From the NCBI GenBank assembly GCA_038087875.1, contig JAXLNO010000043.1:1-64000 (forward strand): a stretch of 64,000 nt of DNA, in the 5' to 3' direction. The notes under the pieces are model-generated. The model ran no database searches and was not told the DNA's origin. It worked only from the letters and a program-made list of their open reading frames with translations. This DNA is from Malacoraja senta (taxonomy: Eukaryota). This document shows, one piece after another, positions 23,901 to 33,244 of the stretch. The translations under genes and the position numbers were made by a program. Numbering within the stretch: the stretch's first letter is position 1; every line of letters begins with the position of its first letter.

Positions 23901-25151
23901 GTCGCACACCGCGGTCACACTGGGGCCGAAGCCACTTTGTCTCTCGCCAAGGCACAGTTCTATTGGCCGGATATGGCAAAGTACATCCGGGAGAGGGTCT
24001 CATCGTGTTCCACCTGCAACAGCCGCGCCCCCCATCAGCAGCGTCAGCCGCTTCTACAGCAGCCCGCGCCCGGGCTGCCCTGGATGGCGCTCGCCACAGA
24101 CATTTTCGAGTGGCGGGGCAAACATTTCCTGGTACTCGTTGACTTCTACTCCAGCTGGTTTGCGGTTGACCGGCTGCCTTCCGTGACCTCTTCGGCCGTC
24201 ATCGACAGGTTGGACCCTCACTTTAGCACTTTTGGCCCCCCGGCAAGCCTGCAGTCGGACAATGGCAGCCAGTTCACGAGCTCCGAGTTTAAAGCGTTCG
24301 CTTCCAGATGGAACTTCCGCCATTTCACCAGCAGCCCGGAGTACCCGCAAAGCAACGGTTTGGCCGAGCGCGCGGTCCGCAGTGCTAAGCACCTGTTGGA
24401 ACAGTGTGGTGGCATTAACTCCGACTTCCACCTGGCCCTCCTCAGCCTTCGGAACATTTCCCGCGACTCTGCCATGGGTTCACCTGCTCAGCGGCTCCTG
24501 TCTCGCGCTACCAGGCTCCCACTCCCGGTGGCCCAGCGATCCCTCATACCCTCGGTCCTTCCACCTGCGGCGGTTCAGAAACGGATTGCCTTCAGGCAAG
24601 ACGTCCAAAAGCGGTCCCATGACAGGTCCTGCCACCCGCTGCCGCCCCTCTTCCCCGGTCAAGTAGTCCGTATGCAGACCACTCCCGGTCACTCCAAGCT
24701 CGCTACTGTCGTCGGCTCTGCGGGGTCGCCCAGGTCCTATTTCGTCGACTACGCTGGGACCATTTACCGACGGTCTCGCCAGCACCTTCGGCTCGTCCAC
24801 GAGCCGCGTCCTCCTGCCGCCGATCCCTTTGCTCCCCCGCTGCCTGTTTCCCGTCCGGCCGTTGCCCTGCCCGTGATTCCCTGCATGCCTCGCTCTGCTC
24901 CTCCTTCGCCCCCTCCGCTCCAACACACTCCGACTAGTCCTCGCACGCCCCCCCGCGCTCTTCCCGGTCCCGGCCCCGCATCCCCTCCGGTTTCGGTGCC
25001 GCGATCTCTTCCGTTTCCTCCCGTTTCTCCCTTTCAGGTTCGTCTGTCCCCGCTGGTGCCTCTTCCTCCTCCAGGAAGGGTGGATGGCGAGACGCGAACC
25101 CGGGCGGGACGTCTGGTCAAACCGCCTGACCGCTATGGCGATGTTGCCTAG
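20979..25151 (+). CDS. Gag-Pol polyprotein (Gag with two zinc knuckles, aspartic protease, RT, RNase H, integrase)
   Basis: First ATG at 20979; CPNC..H..C and CNSCNKLNHFAAAC; KIDTGA; RMPFG and IVDD; CDASQFGLGA, QIEKELLA, TDHQPL; H..H..CSTC, ATDIF, SDNGSQF, SNGLAERAV; C-terminal TRAGRLVKPPDRY. Confidence 0.95.
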   Translation: MASSARKPDALVFDFDIALRWDIFKRDFEHYFTIAHPGATDALKASLLLNLAGPNALTRSDFFVYAPGESARDPACLLAKFDAICDIPTNCILERFKLFARRQLPGESAENYVIALRDLGRRCRLETWTPDNVIRDLLVYGLRDEKLRSELLRKPDLTLADAMHATRLADAVSAAAPPAEQAINFASTPSYLMNAPQSRPPVSLAARGGRAPGFGGATRGDTQQRCPNCNFTTHQFNVCPALGKYCNSCNKLNHFAAACRSRGKPVAARRQNLNNLLQSDNDLSSQHYSDEHSVPTSNSSQAETSLFTVVNAPAMITDPSVQVTVNNSTFTAKIDTGAVTNVMSTSLFNQIRTNEKIFSQSSNLHAYGGEILTPVGKATLHCKILKATRPLAFFLLNRSCVPLLGIQACQEMGLVSFHRDIHHVQALMDPLAEYPDRLDDKLGKLPCSYKIEVDHKIVPVVHAPHRISFAMRDKVEATLHSMVQMGVLKAVVEPTSWVSSMVVAAKKDMSEIRICINPRDLNLAIQRPHYPMRTVEDVAARVGPATVFSVLDAKSSLWQIPLDERSSILTTFATPYGRFRFLRMPFGINSASEVFQRTMEQLFSDLPCAIIVDDILVYGKDVAEHDVNLRLILDRARQINLKLNPKKCRFRVSEVTYVGHVFTAEGLKPDPQKTTAISGMLPPTNVAGLQRFLGLVNYLGKFIPDLSELSAPLRDLIKKDTSWLWLPNHQKAFDILKSKLISTPTLKLFDLRHPIVLTCDASQFGLGAACLQVHDGLQMPVSFASRTMTATEQHYAQIEKELLAVLFACSKFRDYIVGNTFTVETDHQPLVTILNKPIHVASSRLQRMLLQLQRFTFTVVYRKGKDMFVADTLSRAPLTSTARHQYETSELLVLRLNFVPSPQMKSLVEHTTNDPALQQLSAVIRQGWPDRRSALPAGAVPYFLIRDELVLHDGVVVKGHKVVVPAALHDHYFQVAHRGHTGAEATLSLAKAQFYWPDMAKYIRERVSSCSTCNSRAPHQQRQPLLQQPAPGLPWMALATDIFEWRGKHFLVLVDFYSSWFAVDRLPSVTSSAVIDRLDPHFSTFGPPASLQSDNGSQFTSSEFKAFASRWNFRHFTSSPEYPQSNGLAERAVRSAKHLLEQCGGINSDFHLALLSLRNISRDSAMGSPAQRLLSRATRLPLPVAQRSLIPSVLPPAAVQKRIAFRQDVQKRSHDRSCHPLPPLFPGQVVRMQTTPGHSKLATVVGSAGSPRSYFVDYAGTIYRRSRQHLRLVHEPRPPAADPFAPPLPVSRPAVALPVIPCMPRSAPPSPPPLQHTPTSPRTPPRALPGPGPASPPVSVPRSLPFPPVSPFQVRLSPLVPLPPPGRVDGETRTRAGRLVKPPDRYGDVA

Positions 25152-25220
25152 CTATCCTAGCGCATGAGCCGTGGTCGCCATGTCACCTGTGTATTTGCCT
25201 GTCGTTTCGGGGAGGAAGGA

Positions 25221-25423
25221 TGTAGATGAGATATGCATGTGCCTTTAACATAGTGACCTCACACCCACTAACCACTCCCCATATCACAAGTATAACTACA
25301 ACCTCCACACCCACAGATCGCTCTCTAGTTCCTGTGACAGACCACGTACAGCTAGTGCAATGTATAATGTCCAGTATGAATAAAGATAGTAAAGTAACGA
25401 TGCCTCGTTATCAAACCTTTACA
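25221..25423 (+). repeat. 3' LTR
   Basis: Identical to the 5' LTR and preceded by the polypurine tract. Confidence 0.97.
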
Positions 25424-26545
25424 GTTAGATAGTGAAATAGCTGGATAGACAGCTAGATAGCTATTTATCTATGTAGATAGATAGATAGATAGATAGTTAG
25501 ATAGTGAAATAGCTGGATTGACAGCTAGATAGCTACATATCGGTGTATAAGAAGTTTTTAAGAAGTAACTGCAGATGCTGGAGAATCGAAGGTAGACAAA
25601 AGTGCTGGAGAAACTCAGCGGGTGCAGCAGCATCTATGGAGTGAAGGAAAGAGGCAACGTTTCGGGCCGAAACCCTTCTTCAGACAGAAACGCTTCTTCT
25701 GAAGAAGGGTTTCGGCGCGATACGTTGCCTATTTCCTTCGCTCCACAGATGCTGCTGCACCCGCTGAGTTTCTCCAGTACTTATGTCTACCTACATATCG
25801 GTGTAGATAGCTAGACACATAGATAGCTAGAAAGTTAGATAGCTAGATAACTAGCCAACCAGCTGGATAACTGGACAGCTAGATAGCAAACTCGCTAGAT
25901 AGTTAGATTACTGGCTAGCCAAGTGGCTACATATCTATGTAGATAGCTAGACAGATAGATAGAGAACTAGCTGGATAGATAGCTAGATAGCTACATATCT
26001 GTGTATATAGCTAGACAGATAGATATCTAGAAAGTTAGATAGCCAGATAACTAGGCAACTAGCTAGATAACTGGGAAGCTAGATAGCTAGATAGCTGGCT
26101 AGTTAGGTAGCTAGATAGCTAAGTAACCTGCTAGCTGGATGGATGGACGGCGAGCCGGCTGGACGGCCAGACGGTTAGAACCCTTGATTGATAGCTAGAT
26201 AGCTGGAGTACTAGATATGTGTACAGCGCTGTATAGCTATCGAGCTATCTATGATAAATACCCAGATAGCTAGCTATCTGCCGTTCTAGCTAACCATCGT
26301 GATGCTTAGATGGCTAGATGGCTCGATGGGTAGAAGGCTGGATAGTTGACTAGGTACCTAGAGAGCTCGTGGCTATAGTTAGCTAGATTGCTAGATTAGT
26401 TAGAGAGCTGGATATCCAGCTAGCGGTAGTAGTTAGATAGTTAGATAGCTCGCTAGATAACTATATAGCTATATATATAGCTAACTATATATCTGGAGAG
26501 CCAGATTGCTATCTAAATATCTCGCTTGCTATCTAGCCAGCTACA
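25424..26545. repeat. Complex (GATA/GCTA)n satellite, right part, decaying rightwards
   Basis: Continues in register from 20682; TAGATAGCTAG motifs throughout. Confidence 0.9.
25548..25790. mobile_element. Palindromic Penelope-derived mini-element (two inverted PLE termini)
   Basis: 25591-25683 is the reverse complement of ~25699-25791; same sequence as the PLE end at 11214-11340; flanked by 15-bp direct repeat CTACATATCGGTGTA (25533-25547, 25791-25805). Confidence 0.88.
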
Positions 26546-26631
26546 TCAGTTCAAGTGAAAATCTCCTCAAAGAGCATAAAATAAGTGAGAGAGCATCCAC
26601 TTTCGGAGAAAATTTCAGCAATAATACAAAA

Positions 26632-27280
26632 TGAATTTATTTGTCACATGTGCCAGTTGGTACAGTGAAATGTAATCACAATACCGCCATACAGTAAAAA
26701 TAAAGAACACAACATAGAGTTGATAGAATTCAAGATAAAACATCCCCACACAGCAGAATCAAAGTTTCCCACTGTGAGGGAAGGCACCAAGGTCAGTATC
26801 TTCCTCTAATGTTCCCCAATGTTCACCCGTGGTCGAGACCTCCCCGAGCCGTCATGTTGGTCAGCGCCGCCCGCGTTGGAAGCTCTCCCAAACCGCAGCT
26901 CCACGATGTTGGAGCAGCGGCCCAACACTCCGGAGCTCCAAACGGCGATCCAGGTCGGCATCGCCCGCTCCGCGGTGAATCCAGCGCTGCGCCGCCGCTG
27001 TTGTAGCTCTGGTCCTGTTCCCGGCCCCGGCAGGAAAGGCCGCTCCGATCCAGGTGGTCGGCCGCGAGGAGGGGGGCGAGGACGCGAGGAGGGAAATAGT
27101 CGCGTCCCCGCCAGGAAGCGACTGGGAAACAGTTTCCCCCTTACCCTACCCCCCTCCCCCACATAGAAAACTCAAAGATTCCCCCAAAACAAACGTTAAA
27201 CTGACTAAAAATAAAAAACAGATTGAAAAACAAACAGGCTGCAGGCAGAGGCTGCCGTCTGTGCTGCGCCCCTAGTGTCC
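26632..27280 (-). mobile_element. Unclassified SINE-like element, same architecture as 18040-18765
   Basis: Starts TTTATTTGTCACATG..AACATCCCCACACAGC..CCCACTGTGAGGGAAGGCA, then a GC-rich core and an A-rich arm. Confidence 0.55.
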
Positions 27281-27932
27281 AAATCATTTGTCTTGGTTGA
27301 ATCGCTGACGCCACTCCCAAGAAAACACGAAAACGCCACTAGCTCCTCAGAAAACCAAGGACAATCGGCATGTATTCAACGAGGCTTACCAATTCCGACA
27401 GATGCGCCGTGGAAAGCAACCTATCGGGAAGCATAACAGTTTGGTTTGCCATCACATTTGTTGAAGACCGTAAGAAATTGCAGGGAGTTGAAGATATAGT
27501 CCAGCCCACCACACACGTCACGTCTTCCCCCTCCCTATCAACCGCCATCTACTCAATCTACCGTTCAGACTGCCTCTGAAAGCAGCCAACATGATCAACG
27601 ATCACTCGCGCCCTGGCCACTCCTTCCTTGCCCTCTCCCGTCGGTCTAAGCACAAAGGCTTGAAATCACGTACCACAACATCCAGGAATATATCTTTTCC
27701 CGATATTATCAGACCAATGAAGGACCTCATAAACTGTAACTATAAATCCGATCTCTGAATTAATTGACTTGTTTAATAAGCACTTTAGCTATAACACGGC
27801 ATCTGAATTCTAGTATTTTCCTCTTTGCACTACATGTTGTATTCTGTGTGGCTTGATTATGTTCATACATGGTCTGATGAAACTTGATAACACTCTTGGT
27901 TGACGTGACAACGATGAAGGAAGAGCAATAGC

Positions 27933-30299
27933 GAAGCCAATGAGAGAGCAGGCTATTCTAGACTGGGTATTGAGTAATGAGAAAGGGTTAGTTATCAGCC
28001 GTGTTGTGCGTGGCCCCTTGCGCAAGAGTGACGATAATATGGTTGAGTTCTTCATTAGGATGGAGAGTGACATAATTAATTCAGAAACAAGGGTTCTGAA
28101 CTTAAAGAAAGGTGACTTTGAGGGTATGAGACGTGAATTGGCCAAGATAGACTGGCAATTGATACTTAAAGGGTTGACAGTGGATATGCAATGGAAGGCA
28201 TTTAAATACTGCATGGATGAACTACAACAATTGTTCATCCCAGTTTGGTAAAAGTATAAATCACGGAAGGTAGTGGATAACAAGGGAAATCAGGAATCGT
28301 ATCTAAACAAAAGATGAAGTATACAAATTAGCTAGAAAAAGCAGCCTACCAGAGGACTGGGAGAAATTCAGAGTCCAGCAGAGGAGGCCAGATGGATTAA
28401 CTAGGAAAGGGAAAATAGATTATGAAAGAAAACTGGCAGGGAAAATAAAAACTGACTGCAAAGGGGTTATAGATATGTGAAGAGAACAAATTAAAACAAA
28501 TGTAGGTCCCTTGCAGTCAGAAACAGGTGAATTGATCATGGGGAACAAGGACATGGGAGACCAATTGAATAACTACTTTGGTTCTGTCTTCACTAAGGAA
28601 TACATAAATAATCTGCCGGAAATAGCAGGGGACTGGGGGTCAAATGCGATGGAACTGAGTGAAATCCAGGTTAGCCGGGAAGTGGTGTTAGGTAAATTGA
28701 ATGGATTAAAGGCCGATAAATCCCCAGGGCCAGATAGGCTGCATCCCAGAGTACTTAAGGAAGTAGCCCCAGAAATAGTGGATGCATTAGTGATAATTTT
28801 TGAAAACTCTTTAGATTCTGGATTAGTTCCTGAGGATTGGAGGATAGCTAATGTAACCTCACTTTTTAAAAAGGGAGGGAGAGAGAAAACGGGGAATTAC
28901 AGACCAGTTAGTCTAACATCGGTAGTGGGGAAACTGCGAGAGTCAGTTATTAAAGATGGGATAGCAGCACATTTGGAAAGTGGTGAAATCATTGGACAAA
29001 GTCAGCATGGATTTACGAAAGGTAAATCATGTCTGACGAATCTTATAGAATTTTTCGAGGATGTAACTAGTAGAGTGGATAAGGGAGAACCAGTGGATGT
29101 GTTATATCTGGACTTTCAGAAGGCTTTCGACAAGGTCCCACATAATTGATTAATGTACAAACTTAAAGTACACGGTATTGGGGGTTCAGTATTGATGTGG
29201 ATAGAGAACTGGCTGGCAGACAGGAAGCAAAGAGTAGAAGTAAACGGGTCCTTTTCAGAATGGCAGGCAGTGACTAGTGGTGTATCGCATGGCTCAGTGC
29301 TGGGACCCCAGCTATTTACAATATATATTAATGATTTGGACGAGGGAATTGAATGCAACATCTCCAAGTTTGCGGATGACACGAAGCTGGGGGGCAGTGT
29401 TAGCTCCGAGGAGGATGCTAGGAGGCTGCAAGGTGACTTGGATAGGTTGGGTGAGTGGGAAAATGCATGGCAGATGCAGTATAATGTGGATAAATGTGAG
29501 GTTATCCACTTTGGTGGCATAAACAGGAAAGTAGACTATTATCTGAATGGTGGCCGATTAGGAAAAGGGGAGATGCAACGAGACCTGGGTACACCAGTCA
29601 TTGAAAGTAGGCATGCAGGTGCAGCAGGCAGTAAAGAAAGCCAATGGTATGTTAGCATTCATAGCAAAAGGATTTGAGTATAGGAGCAGGGAGGTTCTAC
29701 TGCAGTTGTACAGGGTCTTGGTGAGAACCCACCTGGTGTATTGCGTACAGTTTTGGTCTCCTAATCCTAGGAAAGACATCCTTGCCATAGAGGGAGAACA
29801 GAGAAGGTTCACCAAACTGATTCCTTGGATGTCAGGACTTTCATATGAAGAAAGACTGGATAGACTCGGCTAGTACACGCTAGAATTTAGAAGATTGAGG
29901 GGGGTTCTTATAGAAACGTACAAAATTCTTAAGGCGTTGGACAGGCTAGATGCAGGCAGATTGTTCCCGATGTTGGGGAAGTCCAGAACAAGGGGTCACA
30001 GTTTAAGGATAAGGGGGAAGTCTTTTAGGACCGAGATGAGAAAAACATTTTTCACACAGAGAGTGGTGAATCTCTGGAATTCTTTGCCACAGAAGGAAGT
30101 TGAGGCCAGTTCATTGGCTATATTTAAGAGGGAGTTAGATGTGGCCCTTGTGCCTAAGGGGATCAGGGGGTATGGAGAGAAGGCAGGTACAGGATACCGA
30201 GTTGGATGATCAGCCATGAGCATATTGACTGGCGGTGCAGGCTCGAAGGGCCGAATGGCCTACTCCTGCACATATTTTCTATGTTTCTATGTTTCTATG
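27933..30299 (+). mobile_element. CR1 LINE, 5'-truncated in the endonuclease, ORF2 disrupted
   Basis: [52 protein letters not shown]; several stops and frameshifts; (TTTCTATG)n tail. Confidence 0.93.
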
Positions 30300-32006
30300 A
30301 ATAATTTAATTGTTATGAGCGTCCTAACCCGCAACATTAAATATTTGTGCAAAAGACATTCGATGCAGCGATGGACACGCATCGCTCAGGGCGGATATGA
30401 ACGTGTGGACGGGTGTGAATGGAGACGCGGGTGTGCTCCGAAACAGGGGCAATATATGGCCATGGACCATACATATAACAGACGGCCATGAGCCCGTGGC
30501 CTGGTCCATTTTCAGGGATTCTGCGGCTAACCTAGATGAACATGCGATTGTTCTCACAGACTTCATCAGCAAGTGTAACGAGGACTGTGTATCAAATAAT
30601 ACAACAGTGTGTTCCATACTGGAGCACGGATAAACCAGGATGTCCACTCTAGGTGAAGTCTAAGTCTGCAACGTTCAACACAAAAGATCCTGAGCGATAC
30701 AAGAAATATATCCACGACCTTAGCAGAGCCATTACGGATGTCAAAAGAGAATTGTGGACCAAGCAGCAGCCTCGAGAGAACGATAGAAATATCAGTGGCA
30801 AGACTTGCCCGCTAAAAACCGGCTGTAAAGTGAAGACAGGCAGTATTAATGGCAACGACTGGACCCTCCCTGATGATATAAATGGTTTAAATGCATCTTT
30901 ACCCTTTCGCTACTCAATTATTATGCCCCCACCTGCTTTAAGAAGAATACTTTAATCCCGATGCTGCGGAAAACTATGCTAGATGCATTAGTTGCTGTCG
31001 TCCAATAACACTAGCGTCGCAGTAGATCCAGAGAAGATGCCAACTCCCTGGCCCTAAACACATCTTTGTAACATCTCCACAACAAGGATTCCGGTGTCAT
31101 CAGCTATTGCTCCACCTTCAATACTGCAGTACCATCCAAACCCATCCCCATCTCCTGGACCTTGTAGGAAGCACAATCCCCTCTCCCACCCACCGCCCCA
31201 TCACCGACACTGTTTCCTCGACGTTCCGACCCACGGACCATGATCAGTGAGGATAGGTGACAACACCTCCTCCACGATAGTTATCAATAGAGTCGACCCA
31301 TAAGTATGCATTCTCAGTCCCCTATTATGCTCCCATATACCCACGACTTACGGCCAAATATATTGATACCTCATTACCTCATTCGTTTATACCCCATCTA
31401 TAAATATGGATGACATGATGGACAATAGAGAGACGGAGTACAAGACGGACAGATAAACGCAAGAACAAGGTATTGAATAGCAACAGTTGTCCTGAAACGA
31501 AATCTTTAGTCATAACGTCATCAGTGATAGGAGCAGAATTAGGCCATTCGGCCCACCAAGTCTGCTCCGCCCGTCAATTATGGCTGATCGATCGCTCCGT
31601 CGAAACCTCATTCTCCCGCCTTCTCCCCATAAACCCTGACACCCGAACTAGTTATTGATCTCAGAAGCGTGCCCCAACCGCCATCAATGGTGCCGAAGTG
31701 GAATTGATGGAGATCTTCAATGTTATTTGGCCTGAAATGATCAACGGTTTAGTGTGGACCATCCATGTTAAAGCAAAATCCAAAAGACCCACTAGCGACT
31801 CTGGGTCCTGAGGAGACTAAAGGAAAATGGCGTGTTTAGTTTTAGTTTAGTTTAGAGATACAGCGAGGATTCTGACCTTCGCCCCACCAAGTCCGCCCCG
31901 ACCAGCGATCCCCGCACATTAACAATATTTTACATACTAGAGACAATTGACACTTATACCAAACCCATTAACCCACAAACCACGGTGTGGAAGGAAACCT
32001 ACGCAG

Positions 32007-32800
32007 ATCAGAATCAGAATCAGAATCAGAATCAGAATCAGAATCAAAATCAGAATCAGAATCAGAATCAGAATCACACTGTGTTCGCCAAGTATGTTTT
32101 GCAACATACGAGAAATTTCATTTGCCAGGCCAGTCATACAATCAAAAGTAACAGATCACTCACAAAAACACATTTTAACATGAACATCCACCACAGTGAC
32201 TCCTACATATTCCTCACTATGATGGAAGGCAAAATAAAGTTCAAGTCTCTTCCTTTTGATCTTCCCCGGTCGTGAGACTCGAGCCCCCGTTGACGGGATG
32301 ATCTTGACTCCCGTAGCCGGCGGCGTTGGGGCCCTCCGCGTCGGGGCGATCTACTCCCGCATCGCGGGTGGGGGGGGGCGGTGTGAAGCCAGCTCCCCCG
32401 CTCCGGGCGATCGAACCTCGCGTCGGGGCTGGACGAACCTTCCGCGACGTTGGAGCACCCGACTAGGCCTCTCCCGACTGCGAGCTCTTGATGGTAAGTC
32501 CGCGGTGGCAGCGATCCCAGGCAAGGGATCAGCTCCGATGTTAAGTCCGCGCCCCGCGGTGGGGCTCACGACAGTCCGGGGAGGCTTCCAGCTCCACCGA
32601 TGGTAGGCCGCAGAGCCCGGAGAATGTGATCCGAAAATTGATCACATCACCGGGAAGGTAAGAGCTTGAAAAAAAAGTTTTCCCCGATTCTCTCCCCCCA
32701 CATAAAACAAACCGAAGAACATTAAAAAACAAACGTTTAACGCACAAAAAAATAACAAAAAGAAAGAACAAACATTCAGACTGCCGGCGCCCCTGGAGGT
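32007..32800 (-). mobile_element. Unclassified SINE-like element with (TTCTGA)n tail (32007-32077)
   Basis: AACATCCACCACAGTG..TTCCTCACTATGATGGAAGGCAA conserved block, GC-rich core, A-rich arm, ends GGCGCCCCTGGAGG. Confidence 0.55.
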
Positions 32801-33244
32801 CTTTATCGCGGGGAGAAGGTACAAACTCCTTAAAGATAAGTACTCGTATCGATCTCGGGTCTCTGGCGCTGTAAGCGCTGCATGACAACAACACCATCGC
32901 AGCGCCACCGTGCCGCCCATAACTATTGTCTGCTAATAGACATGGACACGATACTGGCACGTCGCATCACTGGTTGGTTTGGTTTGGTTCAGTCCACCAG
33001 ACAAACTGGATATCTCACTAATGATTCCATCTACACCACACTGCTTCGGATAGGCAACCAATAAAATAAAATGCCTGTCCCATTCAGGTCATTCCGTATA
33101 CTCCAGGGCCTTCCGCCATCGACGTTGATCATTGATCCCTTCACACTGGTAGATATAGATACATAGAAAATAGGTGCAGGAGTAGGCCATTCGGCCCTTC
33201 GAGCCTGCACCGCCATTCAATATGATCATGGCTGATCATCCAAC

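Larger units (their letters stand above)
20683..25423 (+). mobile_element. Full-length Ty3/Gypsy LTR retrotransposon, Mag-like lineage, 4741 bp
   Basis: Two 203-bp TG..CA LTRs identical by eye; 5-bp TSD GTTAG (20678-20682, 25424-25428); primer-binding-site-like TGGTGTCA at 20886; polypurine tract GGGGAGGAAGGA at 25209-25220; single uninterrupted gag-pol ORF. Confidence 0.97.

Noticed and set aside
21480..24946. Antisense and overlapping ORFs within the Gypsy element
   Set aside because: Expected shadows of a GC-rich coding strand; no recognisable motifs.
27266..27280. CTCF-like motif at the end of the SINE-like element (ACACTAGGGGCGC on the minus strand)
   Set aside because: One base short of the CCASYAGRKGGCRS core spacing.
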